This document shows positions 34,797-45,052 of a stretch of DNA of 64,000 nucleotides, piece by piece. This stretch comes from Phototrophicaceae bacterium (GTDB taxonomy: Bacteria; Chloroflexota; Anaerolineae; Aggregatilineales; Phototrophicaceae). A model generated the notes under the pieces. That model was not told where the DNA came from, searched no databases, and worked only from the letters and a program-made list of their open reading frames with translations. The stretch spans positions 50,635 through 114,634 of the forward strand of contig CBDDPG010000001.1 in the NCBI GenBank assembly GCA_965232245.1, read 5' to 3'. The translations under genes and the position numbers were made by a program. Position 1 is the stretch's first letter. The number at the start of each line of letters is the position of its first letter.

Positions 34797-36260
34797 ATGA
34801 AAGTATTCGCAGGCGGGATTGCCACAGAGACCAACACCTTTTCTCCCATGCCGACGGGCATGGCTGATTTCGAGGTTATGCGCGCTGCCGATTTGGACGA
34901 TTCCATGGACCTCGGCGGATTTGGCGGCGCCTTCAACATCTTCCAAGGGCGCTGCCAGGAACGCGGCTGGGACTATGAATTCAGCCTCTACGCCTTCGCG
35001 CAGCCGGCCGGCATAACCGTGCGCTCGGCTTATGAAAGCCTGCGCGATGAACTGCTGACCGCGCTGGAAGCGGCGCTGCCAGTCGATATTGTGCTGCTGC
35101 CGCTGCATGGCGCGATGGTTGCGGAAGGCTATGACGACTGCGAAACCGACATCGTCTCCCGTGTCCGCCAAATCGTCGGACCCGCCGCCAAGATCGGCGT
35201 CGAACTGGACCTGCACTGCGACCTCACGCAGACCCTGATAGATCTGGCCGACGCCATCGTCATCTTCAAGGAATACCCGCATGTGGACATCAACGAGCGC
35301 GCCGAAGAACTCTTCAGCATCATCGCTGACGCCGCCGAAGGCAAGACGCAGCCGACAATGGCGCTCTTCGATTGCAAGATGATAGGCCTCTACCTGACGC
35401 CCGTCGCGCCGATGCGCGCTTTTGTTGACGACATGATCAGGACCGAAGCCGAAGCGGCTGTGCTCTCGCTCTCGCTGGCGCATTGTTTCCCCTGGGGCGA
35501 TGTGCCAAGCTGTGGCACGCAAATGCTGGCGGTCACCGACAACGATAGCGAGCTGGCGGCGCGGCTTGCGCGTAAATTCGGCGAAAAACTCTTCGCCATG
35601 CGGCAGGATCTCGATCCGAATTCGCTGCCGCTAGAAAAGGCTCTGGACAAGGCGCTGGCGCGCCAATCGGGCTTGGTTGTCATCGCCGATCAATCGGACA
35701 ATGCCGGCGGCGGCGCGCCCAGCGATTCCACCTTCGCGCTGCAAGCCTTGCTCGAGCGCGGCGCCAGCGATGTCGCGCTGGGCATGATCTGGGATCCAGT
35801 CGCCGTCCAGGTGGTCCAGTCGGCCGGCGCGGGCGCGACGCTCGACCTGCGCCTGGGCGGCAAGATGGGACCCATGTCCGGCGATCCGCTCGACCTGCGC
35901 GTGAGCGTCATCGGCGTCATCCCCGATATGCAGCAGGAATGGACGCAGACCGAGGGTCCCGTAGCCATCGCCTGCGGGGACTCGGTCGCCCTGCGCTGTC
36001 AGGGCATCGACATCATCGTCAACAGCAGTCGCGGGCAAGTCTTCAGCCCCACGGTTTTCTCCAACTTCGGCATTGATCCGCGCTCAAAGCGGCTGCTGGT
36101 GGTCAAATCGACCCAGCATTTCTACGCCGGCTTCGCGCCCATCGCCGACGAGATCATCTATATGGCGGGTCCCGGCGCCATTCCGCCGCTATTCCGCGAG
36201 ATCCCCTATCAGCGCGTCGACTTGAACAAGTACCCCTGGGTGGACGACCCCTTCGCTTGA
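34797..36260 (+). CDS. M81 family metallopeptidase (MlrC/microcystinase C-like)
   Basis: 487 aa; MKVFAGGIATETNTFSPMPTG N-terminus and DQSDNAGGGAPSDST typical of MlrC/DUF1485 proteins. Confidence 0.85.
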   Translation: MKVFAGGIATETNTFSPMPTGMADFEVMRAADLDDSMDLGGFGGAFNIFQGRCQERGWDYEFSLYAFAQPAGITVRSAYESLRDELLTALEAALPVDIVLLPLHGAMVAEGYDDCETDIVSRVRQIVGPAAKIGVELDLHCDLTQTLIDLADAIVIFKEYPHVDINERAEELFSIIADAAEGKTQPTMALFDCKMIGLYLTPVAPMRAFVDDMIRTEAEAAVLSLSLAHCFPWGDVPSCGTQMLAVTDNDSELAARLARKFGEKLFAMRQDLDPNSLPLEKALDKALARQSGLVVIADQSDNAGGGAPSDSTFALQALLERGASDVALGMIWDPVAVQVVQSAGAGATLDLRLGGKMGPMSGDPLDLRVSVIGVIPDMQQEWTQTEGPVAIACGDSVALRCQGIDIIVNSSRGQVFSPTVFSNFGIDPRSKRLLVVKSTQHFYAGFAPIADEIIYMAGPGAIPPLFREIPYQRVDLNKYPWVDDPFA

Positions 36261-36318
36261 GCGCTAGCGCAGACTCGCGTCCAAAACCGGCTGAGGAGCG
36301 GTCGAGCGGGTTCCCGCG

Positions 36319-39300
36319 CTATGACAGCGCATCCAGCGCGCCCAGCCCCAAGCCGCGAATCGTCTCGTTAAAGGCGGCGACCTGCTCGTCCAGGTCCGTC
36401 TCCACCCGCGCAACATGACCATCCAGCTGCGCCGAAAGCTGCTCGAAGACCTCAAGCGCCTGCCGCGGCGGCGCGTAATCGGCGCTATCCACCGAGTCGA
36501 ATAGCGCGTTGAACTTCTCGTGCAAGCCGCTGGGATACAATTGCGACTCGCTGATGCCGGTATTGATTAACAAGGGCAGCAGCGCATCGACCTCGGCGAC
36601 CAGCGCCGCGCAGCCCGCCAAGACAGCCTCGTCATCGCAGCGCGCCGCCCAAGCCCCCAGCTGACCCTTGAGCGCTAGCAGCTTGTTGAGGGTGGCATTG
36701 TTAAGCGACAGCCGATCGCGAATCGCCAGCAGCAGGTCCCGTTGCGCCGCGAAGGCTTCCGCCGTCGTCTCCAGGCGTGGATCGGCGAGCACTTCGAAGG
36801 TCTGCCGGCAGCTGTCCGCGCCCAAGACGAGCTCCGCCACATACTCGCCCGGCGTTACCAAGGGACCCTCGGCGCGCTCCCAGGAAGCCAAGGACACGTC
36901 GACAGCAAGCGCGCCGGGATAAGTCAAATTCCAATGAAAGCGATTCAGCCCGGCGCTTGCGGGCAAGCCATCGGCCTCCGTGGCGCTGCTGTAAGAGCGG
37001 ATCAAGCCGCCATCCTTGTCCAGGATATTCAAGGTGACTGTCTCGCCGCCCGCCCCCGGCAGATAATAACAGAAGACTACGCCAGGTCGCGGGTTCTGCC
37101 CCGCGTCCAAGAAATGCGGCAAATCCGAATCGTCGCGGTATTCCAGCGCCGCCACGCTGGCGCCGATGCGCCCGAAATTCAGCTTCTTGCTGTCCTGCAC
37201 CCCATACCAACTGCCGAAGCGGCCATAATCGCGCATGCGCGTTTTTGGCGCCGGCGCGAACAAATGCGCGCTATCCGCCAGCAAATCGGACTGGGCTTGA
37301 TGCAAGGGCGCCAGATCATCGAGAATCCAGAAGGAGCGGCCGTGCGTCGCCAGGACCAGGTCCTGATCTTTGATGACCAGGTCGTGTATCGGGCAGACCG
37401 GCAAATTGCCTTTCATGGGCTGCCAGTTTTCGCCGTCATCAAAGGAGATGTACAAACCCGTTTCTGTGCCGGCGTAAAGCAAACCGCGCCGATTGGGATC
37501 CTCGCGGATGACCCGCGTGAACTCGTCATCCGGGATGCCATTGGTAATCGCCGTCCAGGTCTTGCCATAATCGCTGGTTTTGTACAAATATGGGCGCGTA
37601 TCGTCCAGTTTGTAGCGCGTGGCGGCCAGGTAAGCCGCGCCCGCCTCGTGCGGGGAAGCGTCGATGATGCTGATCAGCGCCCATTCCGGCAGATCGGGCG
37701 GCGTGATTTCGTCCCACTCGCGCCCGCCATCCTGGGAAATATGCACCAAGCCGTCATCGCTGCCAGCCCAGAGCAAGCCCGCTTCGTGATGAGATTCCGC
37801 CAGCGCGAAAATCGTGCAATAGACCTCGGCGCCGGTATTGTCCCGCGTGATCGGACCGCCCGACGCCCGCAGCTTGTCGGGGTCGTCCCGCGTCAGATCG
37901 GGACTGAGCGCTTCGAAGCTCGCGCCCAAATCGGTCGACAAATGCAGGCGATTGCTGGCGACATAAAGCAGATCGGGATTGTGCCGCGAAAACATGATGG
38001 GAAAGGTCCATTGAAAACGGTACTTCAAGCCTTCGCTGCCCACGCCCCAGCCATAAAGCTCGGGCCACACGGTGATGTCGCGAACCTGACCGGTGCGATG
38101 ATTATAAAGCAGCATGATGTCGTTGTAGGCGCGCTGGCCCTGGGGACCCGAGGCGACAACATAAGCGGGGTCATCTGGCTTGATGGCGATATAGCCGCTC
38201 TCCCCGCCGCCCGGCGCGTACCAGTCGCGCTCGTGGATGGCGCCGTCAATTGTCGCGCTGGGTAGGCTGATGGCGGTATTGTCCTGCTGCGAGCCATAAA
38301 CGCGATAGGGGAACTGATCGTCGGTACAGACGTGATACAACTGGGCCGTCGGCTGGTTATAGATGGAGGACCAGCTCATGCCGCCGTTGAAAGACACGCA
38401 AGCGCCGCCGTCATTGCCGTCAATCATGCGCCGGTTATCGTTTGGGTCGATCCACAGCGCGTGATCGTCGCCGTGTGGAATCGGAATGGCTTCAAAGGAA
38501 GCGCCGCCGTCAATTGATTTCCAGAAACTGTAATTCTGCACATAGACCGTGTCCGGGTCCTGCGTATCGGCGGTGATGTGCATGTAATACCAAGGGCGGG
38601 TGCGCAAGAGCGATTGTTCGCTGAGGCGCAGCCAGGTCTCGCCATAATCATCCGAGCGGAAGACAGCGCCATCATGCGCTTCGATCACCGCCCAGACGCG
38701 GCCCCTACGCGCCGGCGACACCGCCACGCCGATCTTGCCCAAGACGCCCTGCGGCAAACCGGGCTTGCGCGAGACTTCTTCCCAGCTGTCGCCGCCGTCC
38801 ATGCTGCGCCACAAGCCGCACTCCGGTCCGCCGCTCTCCAGCCGATGCGGGTAGCGCTGCGCCTGCCAGATCGCCGCGAAGAGGATGCGCGGATTGTTGA
38901 CATCCATCGAGACATCGTGCGAGCCGGCGGTCTCGCTCTTGTAGAGCGCCTTCTCCCAGTTTTCGCCGCCATCCCGCGAGCGGAAGACGCCGCGCTCTTC
39001 ATTGGGACCAAAGGCATGGCCCAGGGCCGCGGCATAGACGATATCAGGATCGCGCGGATGAATCTGAATCTTGCCGATATGCCGCGTATCGCTCAAACCG
39101 ATATGCCGCCAGCTCAAGCCGGCGTCGACCGACTTGTAGATGCCGTCGCCGTGCGACACATTGCCGCGGATGGTTGTCTCTCCCGTGCCGGCGTAGATCA
39201 CATTGGGATCCGCCGTCGACACCGCCAGGGCGCCGATGGCTGCTGTATTGAAATAGCCGTCGGAGACGTTGCGCCAGTATTGACCGCCATCGGTGGTCTT

Positions 39301-39468
39301 CCAAACGCCGCCGGCGCAGGCTCCGAAATAAAAGGTCATGGGATCCGATACATCGCCCGCCACCGCCACCACGCGCCCGCCGCGATGCGGTCCGATGCAG
39401 CGGAATTCCAAACTATCGAGCAATTGCCGGCGAATGACCTGCGTATTATCTCTAACTGATTCATTCAT
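36319..39468 (-). CDS. VPS10/sortilin-like BNR (Asp-box) repeat double beta-propeller protein
   Basis: 1049 aa; about ten SxDxGxxW-type Asp boxes (SVDAGLSW, SRDGGENW, SMDGGDSW, SDDYGETW, SQDGGREW, TSDYGKTW, SFDDGENW...); no signal peptide apparent. Confidence 0.8.
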   Translation of the reverse strand: MNESVRDNTQVIRRQLLDSLEFRCIGPHRGGRVVAVAGDVSDPMTFYFGACAGGVWKTTDGGQYWRNVSDGYFNTAAIGALAVSTADPNVIYAGTGETTIRGNVSHGDGIYKSVDAGLSWRHIGLSDTRHIGKIQIHPRDPDIVYAAALGHAFGPNEERGVFRSRDGGENWEKALYKSETAGSHDVSMDVNNPRILFAAIWQAQRYPHRLESGGPECGLWRSMDGGDSWEEVSRKPGLPQGVLGKIGVAVSPARRGRVWAVIEAHDGAVFRSDDYGETWLRLSEQSLLRTRPWYYMHITADTQDPDTVYVQNYSFWKSIDGGASFEAIPIPHGDDHALWIDPNDNRRMIDGNDGGACVSFNGGMSWSSIYNQPTAQLYHVCTDDQFPYRVYGSQQDNTAISLPSATIDGAIHERDWYAPGGGESGYIAIKPDDPAYVVASGPQGQRAYNDIMLLYNHRTGQVRDITVWPELYGWGVGSEGLKYRFQWTFPIMFSRHNPDLLYVASNRLHLSTDLGASFEALSPDLTRDDPDKLRASGGPITRDNTGAEVYCTIFALAESHHEAGLLWAGSDDGLVHISQDGGREWDEITPPDLPEWALISIIDASPHEAGAAYLAATRYKLDDTRPYLYKTSDYGKTWTAITNGIPDDEFTRVIREDPNRRGLLYAGTETGLYISFDDGENWQPMKGNLPVCPIHDLVIKDQDLVLATHGRSFWILDDLAPLHQAQSDLLADSAHLFAPAPKTRMRDYGRFGSWYGVQDSKKLNFGRIGASVAALEYRDDSDLPHFLDAGQNPRPGVVFCYYLPGAGGETVTLNILDKDGGLIRSYSSATEADGLPASAGLNRFHWNLTYPGALAVDVSLASWERAEGPLVTPGEYVAELVLGADSCRQTFEVLADPRLETTAEAFAAQRDLLLAIRDRLSLNNATLNKLLALKGQLGAWAARCDDEAVLAGCAALVAEVDALLPLLINTGISESQLYPSGLHEKFNALFDSVDSADYAPPRQALEVFEQLSAQLDGHVARVETDLDEQVAAFNETIRGLGLGALDALS

Positions 39469-39531
39469 TTATGGCGCCTTTCCTGTGAAACATATTCGGC
39501 AAGATACAGAAATGATTGAGCAATACTCTCC

Positions 39532-41622
39532 CTACTCTAAGCCCATGTCGAAGGCGCGGTTGAGAAACGCGAAAATATCCACCTGCTCGCCAATCAGCTT
39601 TGATGTCGCCTTGCCCATGGCATGTCCCGCTCTCGTTTCGACGCGCAGGAGAATCACATTGTCGCCGCGATTCGCCGCTTGCAAACTGGCTGCCAGCTTC
39701 TTGGAGTGCATCGGCACGACGCGATCATCATGATCGGCTGTGAGAATCAGAATAGGCGGGTAGGCTTGCCCCGCTTTGATGTTCTGCAATGGACCATAGG
39801 CGGTCAAAAACTCAAAGTGCTCTGGGCTGCTTTCGGCATCGCCATACTCGTTGGTCCAATAACGCCCGGAGGTGAAATACTTGAAGCGAAGCATATCGAT
39901 GGTCGGCACATGACAGAGAACCGCGCCATACAAGTCCGGGCGCTGCGTCGCGCAGACCGCCACCAGCAAGCCGCCATTGCTCCTGCCCTCAATCGCCAGC
40001 TTGCGGTTCGAGGTATATTTGTTCTCGATCAGCCATTCCGCCGCCGCGTGGAAGTCATCGTAGGTCTTCTGGCGACCAGCGAACATGCCGGCGCGGTGCC
40101 AGGCTTCACCATATTCGCCCCCGCCGCGGATATTGGCGTTGACGAAGATGCCGCCGTTTTCCAACCAGACGGGCAGCCAACTGCGGTAGTTCGGCGTTTG
40201 ACTGAGACTATAACCGCCGTAGGCGTACATGATGGCTGGGTTGTCGCCGTTCAGTTCCAAACCCTTTTTGCAAGTGATGAAGATGGGAACTTTCGTACCA
40301 TCGGCAGAGGGGCAGAATGCCTGTCGCGTTTCGTATCGCTCCGCATCAAACGAAGGCACGGTCGCTTCAAAAAAGGGCTGCAATTCGCCGGTCGCGAAGT
40401 CGTATTGCAGTATCTGGGTCGGCTGCAGGAACGAGGTCCAGGCGATGAACATGCTGTCATCTTTGGCGCTGCCATAGGCGCCGGCCTGCTCGCGCGGGAT
40501 GACGGCTCCCTGCCCGGGCGGCAGCAGCTCGCGGTGGAGCGAGCCGTCTTTATTGTAAATCTTGATCACATGTCGGCAGAGGCGCATCGCGGTTACCACA
40601 AACTGCTGATTGACGATGGCGACCCCGGCGATGGCTTCCGCGCTTTCCGGCACGACATCAACCCAGTTTTCGCTGGCTGGACGCTTGATATCCACGGCGA
40701 CCACCCGCCAGTTCAGCGCGCCGTTGGTCGTCAGGATGTAGAAGATATCGCTATCGTTGCCGATAAAGCGGTAGTCGGCATCCAGGTCGTCGAACAGTCT
40801 TACAAAACCGCCCTCGCTATCATTGGCTTTATCAATAGCTTTGTAAAACAGGCGATTGGCAACGCGCGATTCCCAGTCGATATTAAGCAGCAGGAAACGA
40901 TCATCCGAGCTGACCGACAGCCCATAAGTCACGCCTTTGCGCTCGGCATCGGCAAAGATCAATCGATCTTCGGCTTGGTCCGTGCCCAGCTGATGAAAGT
41001 ACACCTGGTGCGACACTTCTGGGTTAGCGGGACCTTCGTCGGGCGCGCCATCGGCATAGCGGCTGTAAAAGAAGCCGGAGCCATCCACCCGCCAAGCCGC
41101 CGTTGAGAATTTCAGCTTGTCCAGACGGTCTGGCAGATCTTGCCCGCTTGCCACATCCCGGATGCGAAACTCTACCCAGTCCACCCCGCCATCGGAAAGG
41201 GCAACCATCACCAGCCGGCCGTCGGCGACCGGCTGCCAGTCGAATATCGCCACCGTGCCGTCGTCGCTAACGTTGTTAGGATCCACCAGAACGCGCGGGG
41301 ATCCGTCCCCCTCTTGCACATAGAGCGCGGGCTGCTGCCGCAAGCCGTCATTGCGCATAAAGAAAAGCCGATCCCCCCGTTTACGCGGAATCTCGTATTT
41401 GGGGTAATCCCATACTTCGCGCAGCCGCCGCTCGAAGGCAGCGCGCCCTTCCAGGCTGCTAAGCGTTTCCAGCGCCAGAGCGTGCTGCTCCCCCGTCCAC
41501 TCCAGCACTTCCGGGTCCTCGGCGTCTTCCAGCCAGCGATAGGGGTCTGCAACTGTCGCGCCAAAGAAATCGTCGACGACATCGCCCTTGCGCGTATCGG
41601 GATAAGTCAGTTTTCCAAACAT
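39532..41622 (-). CDS. Prolyl oligopeptidase (S9A family)
   Basis: 696 aa; N-terminal YPDTRKGDVVDDFFGATVADPYRWLED, nucleophile GRSNGGLLV, C-terminal DHDDRV and AGHA. Confidence 0.9.
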   Translation of the reverse strand: MFGKLTYPDTRKGDVVDDFFGATVADPYRWLEDAEDPEVLEWTGEQHALALETLSSLEGRAAFERRLREVWDYPKYEIPRKRGDRLFFMRNDGLRQQPALYVQEGDGSPRVLVDPNNVSDDGTVAIFDWQPVADGRLVMVALSDGGVDWVEFRIRDVASGQDLPDRLDKLKFSTAAWRVDGSGFFYSRYADGAPDEGPANPEVSHQVYFHQLGTDQAEDRLIFADAERKGVTYGLSVSSDDRFLLLNIDWESRVANRLFYKAIDKANDSEGGFVRLFDDLDADYRFIGNDSDIFYILTTNGALNWRVVAVDIKRPASENWVDVVPESAEAIAGVAIVNQQFVVTAMRLCRHVIKIYNKDGSLHRELLPPGQGAVIPREQAGAYGSAKDDSMFIAWTSFLQPTQILQYDFATGELQPFFEATVPSFDAERYETRQAFCPSADGTKVPIFITCKKGLELNGDNPAIMYAYGGYSLSQTPNYRSWLPVWLENGGIFVNANIRGGGEYGEAWHRAGMFAGRQKTYDDFHAAAEWLIENKYTSNRKLAIEGRSNGGLLVAVCATQRPDLYGAVLCHVPTIDMLRFKYFTSGRYWTNEYGDAESSPEHFEFLTAYGPLQNIKAGQAYPPILILTADHDDRVVPMHSKKLAASLQAANRGDNVILLRVETRAGHAMGKATSKLIGEQVDIFAFLNRAFDMGLE

Positions 41623-41685
41623 AAAGTTTTCCTTTAGAAATAGCGGCTGCTTAGATAAAACGCAAGCATAATCAGATTCTTGCGT

Positions 41686-44007
41686 CTATTGAATCTGATA
41701 CCCCGCCGGCGGAGCGACGCCCAGCAGATGCCGCACAAAATAATCCCAGCGCCGCCGCACAAAATAGGGATGATTGGTGCAAGCGTGCGGTTGATTAGGC
41801 ATGATGAGCAGATCGAAGTCCTTGTTGGCTTTGATCAAGGCGTCCACCACCACCAGGGTCGACGCCACATGCACATTCTCGTCCATGTCGCCGTGGATGA
41901 GCAGCAGCTTGCCTTGCAGATTATGGGCGTGGTTTTGGTTCGCCGAAAAGACATAGCGCTCGCCGACTTCCCGCCCCATGTAGCGCTCGACCCAGGTGGC
42001 TTTGTCGAGCCGGTGGTCGTGGTTGCCGGCCGAGGACACCGCCACTTTGTAAAACTCGGGATAGGCGAACATGGCGCGGCAAGAGGCGTAACCGCCGGCC
42101 GAATGCCCGAAGATGCCCACGCGCGAAATATCGAGGTAATCGTAACGGTCGGCAAGCTGGCTTATGGCGCTGATATGATCGGGCAAGCCATTGTCCGCCA
42201 GGTTGCGGTAGCTGAGGTCGTGCTGCGCTTTGGATCTGCCCGGCATGCCCAAGCCATCAATCATCAGCACCACAAATCCCAATTCCGCCAGTGCCTGCGA
42301 CGTCCAGTAATTGCCTTGCCTTTTGCGCGCCGCATCGGCGAAGGCGGCCGGCGCCTGTATCGCCTGCGGACCGCCGTAGATGTAATCAATCACGGGATAC
42401 TGCGCATGCTCGTCCAAATCCGACGGGCGGAAGATGACGCCATAGATGTCCGTGAGGCCATCGCGGGCTTTGGCTTTGAAGCGCTGCGGCGCTCGCCAGC
42501 CGGTCGCTTCCAGTTGGCTGATGTCGGCCCGCTCGAGCTCGCGTATCAGCGCCCCGTCCGCGCCGCGCAAGACGATGACCGGCGCTTGATCAACCGTCGA
42601 ATAATTGTCGATGAAGCAACTGCCGCCCGGCGCGAATATGGCCGAGTGATCGGCGTTTTCCGGCGTCAGCAGCTGCGCTGCGCCGCCTTCCAGGCTGACG
42701 CGATACAAAAAGCTGAAATAGGGATCGCGGTCGGCTTCGCGCCCGACAGCCGTGAAATAGACCCAGCCAGCGTCTTCATCCACATGTTTCAAATGACTCA
42801 CTTCATAAGCGCCCGCTGTGAGTTGAGTAATCAGCGAACCGCTTTCCGCGTCATACAGATAGAGATGTCCCCAGCCATCCCGCTGCGAATACCAAATGAC
42901 GCGGCTGCCCCCGGCCAAGACGCGAACGCTTGAATTGCCGCGCCAGATCGAAGGATCAATGCCGCTGTCGCTCGCTTCGGAAATGGCGCAGCGCGCGGCG
43001 CCTGTGGCCGCGTCGATGACGATCAGATCCATCTGATGATAGCCGCGGCTCTGCCGCAGGTAATAAACCGTATTCGAGTCTTCGGACCACCACAGGCAAT
43101 CGTCATTGATCGGCGCGCCATGATATTGCGCTTCCGTGGCTTCCAGGTCGACGCTAATCGTCGCGCCCGCCTGCAGATCCGCGCAGACCAAGGCGACCAA
43201 AGGCAGCCGGTCATCTCCGGGCAAGGGATAGGCGTAAGAATGCAGATGCGGGCGGACGCTGCCGTCCGGCGGAACCGATTGCACCAGATGAAATTGCGGC
43301 GCTTCCCGCTGATCGACGCGGCAAAATAGCAGCCGATTGCTATCCGGCGACCAGCGAATCGCCGGCGGCGGCGCGTCTTCAATGCCAGCTGTCGTCAGCG
43401 GCGAAAGCAGAGGCTCGCCATAGTCGTTCTTCGCTGCGCCGTCGGCGGTGAGCGCGCGTTCTTGCCCGCTGGATACAGAGCGAACCCATACGTTATGGTC
43501 GCGCGTATAGGCTTCCCATTTGCCGTCGGGGGAAAGCGCGGTGTCACTTAGGGGCTTCGGCGCATCGCCCAGGCGCGTACAGACATAATCGCTCAAGTCG
43601 CAGGACCAGCGTCCGCTGATCCCCGCCGCAGCGCTGTCAAAGACGACGCTGCGACCATCTTCGCCGAACTCGATTTCGCTAAAGGGCAATTGCCGTGCTT
43701 GGCAGGGCGCACCGCTCGCTTGGCTGAGCGCGGCAGCCAAACGTTCGTGATCGAAGGCGGCTTTTCGTTCGCCGCTGGCTGGATCCACCAGCACAAATTC
43801 GCTGCCAGACAGCGATTTCCAGCGATACCAAAAACGATCGCAGCCCGCGATCCAGCGCGGGCTGATGGTCAGGTCGGACGTGAGTTTGGCGGCATTGCCC
43901 GGCAGCAGCCGCTCAGCCCGCGCATAGCGCTGCCACAGGCTTGTTGCCGATTGCGCTTCTCGCTCGCGCGCCAGCTTCATCTGTAATTCCATCTTTAGTC
44001 CCCTCAA
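41686..44007 (-). CDS. S9B dipeptidyl-peptidase IV-like serine peptidase
   Basis: 773 aa; DPPIV-type N-terminal propeller, GHSAGGY nucleophile elbow, LLIHGDMDENV; exact start uncertain (several early Met). Confidence 0.85.
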   Translation of the reverse strand: MRGLKMELQMKLAREREAQSATSLWQRYARAERLLPGNAAKLTSDLTISPRWIAGCDRFWYRWKSLSGSEFVLVDPASGERKAAFDHERLAAALSQASGAPCQARQLPFSEIEFGEDGRSVVFDSAAAGISGRWSCDLSDYVCTRLGDAPKPLSDTALSPDGKWEAYTRDHNVWVRSVSSGQERALTADGAAKNDYGEPLLSPLTTAGIEDAPPPAIRWSPDSNRLLFCRVDQREAPQFHLVQSVPPDGSVRPHLHSYAYPLPGDDRLPLVALVCADLQAGATISVDLEATEAQYHGAPINDDCLWWSEDSNTVYYLRQSRGYHQMDLIVIDAATGAARCAISEASDSGIDPSIWRGNSSVRVLAGGSRVIWYSQRDGWGHLYLYDAESGSLITQLTAGAYEVSHLKHVDEDAGWVYFTAVGREADRDPYFSFLYRVSLEGGAAQLLTPENADHSAIFAPGGSCFIDNYSTVDQAPVIVLRGADGALIRELERADISQLEATGWRAPQRFKAKARDGLTDIYGVIFRPSDLDEHAQYPVIDYIYGGPQAIQAPAAFADAARKRQGNYWTSQALAELGFVVLMIDGLGMPGRSKAQHDLSYRNLADNGLPDHISAISQLADRYDYLDISRVGIFGHSAGGYASCRAMFAYPEFYKVAVSSAGNHDHRLDKATWVERYMGREVGERYVFSANQNHAHNLQGKLLLIHGDMDENVHVASTLVVVDALIKANKDFDLLIMPNQPHACTNHPYFVRRRWDYFVRHLLGVAPPAGYQIQ

Positions 44008-44119
44008 AGAATTAGTCGTAATCAGTTGATATTTTGATTGCAGATCTCGGACGCGGAAATGTGACAGGGGCGCAAGAAACAGATTGCCGCGTTATGAAGC
44101 GTAAATGATCTCTGAATGC

Positions 44120-45022
44120 TCACTGAATATAGGGGTCCAGCGCGTCGCGCAGCGCGTCGCCAATCAGGTTGATTGACATCACGGTCAAGAAGATCAAGGT
44201 ACCCGGGAAGATCATCAGCAGCGGGGCTTTGCGCAGATATTGCCGCCCATTGCTGAGGATATTGCCCCATTCGGCTTGCGGCGGCTGCACGCCCAAGCCG
44301 AGGAAGCCCAGCGCCGCCGTCGTCAGGATGGAACCAGCCACAGCCAGCGTCGCGTAGACGATGATTGGCGCCAGCGTATTTGGCAACAAGTGCGCGAACA
44401 TGATGCGGGCGCGGCCCGCCCCCAGGGCCCGCGCGGCTTCGACATATTCTTGTTCCTTCAAGGACAGGACATTGCCGCGCACAATGCGCGACAGCGTCGG
44501 CACCGCCCAGATCGCCAAAACAATGATCAAGTTGACCAAGCTGGTTCCCAGCACCGACACGATCAATATCGCCAGTACGATGCCCGGGAAAGCGTACATG
44601 ATATCGATGGCGCGCATGATCAGCGTGTCGGTCCTCCCCCCGAAAAATCCCGATATTAGCCCCACGATGGCGCCGCAAAAGACGCCCACAGCCGTACCGA
44701 CGATGCCGACGAAGAGCGAGATGCGCGCGCCATAGACCAGGCGCGAATAGAAGTCCCGCCCCAGCTCGTCCGTGCCCAGCCAGTGTTCCGCGGATGGCGG
44801 TTTCATGCGCTTGCGCAGCGACTGCTCGTATGGGTCATGCGTGGTGACGACGGGCGCGGATAGACCCATGAAGATGATGAATACCATAAAAGCCGCGCCA
44901 ACCAGGGCAAAGCGGTTGCGGCTGAATTCCAGCCAGGCGCGCTTGGGACCGGAAAGGCGGCGAAATTCCTGCTCGTCGAGCCGGGCGATATTGGCCTCAT
45001 TGTCGCGCTGTTTTCGCTTCAT
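44120..45022 (-). CDS. ABC transporter permease (DppC/OppC-like)
   Basis: 300 aa; LGTDELGRDFYSR, EYVEAARALG. Confidence 0.9.
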   Translation of the reverse strand: MKRKQRDNEANIARLDEQEFRRLSGPKRAWLEFSRNRFALVGAAFMVFIIFMGLSAPVVTTHDPYEQSLRKRMKPPSAEHWLGTDELGRDFYSRLVYGARISLFVGIVGTAVGVFCGAIVGLISGFFGGRTDTLIMRAIDIMYAFPGIVLAILIVSVLGTSLVNLIIVLAIWAVPTLSRIVRGNVLSLKEQEYVEAARALGAGRARIMFAHLLPNTLAPIIVYATLAVAGSILTTAALGFLGLGVQPPQAEWGNILSNGRQYLRKAPLLMIFPGTLIFLTVMSINLIGDALRDALDPYIQ

Positions 45023-45052
45023 TTTGCAACTCCCCTGTCGAGCATGCGCGCC

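Noticed and set aside
36742-39459. Long plus-strand ORFs (36742..38265, 38578..39459) opposite the VPS10-like gene
   Set aside because: They lie opposite a 1049-aa ORF with about ten Asp boxes. They are Arg/Ala-rich with no motifs. The same reasoning applies to 39622..41106, 41680..42933, 33485..34777, 51423..52751, 53974..54993, 57358..58356, 59722..60468, 61330..62157, 45044..45961, 25948..26853, 5937..6572 and 7087..7884.
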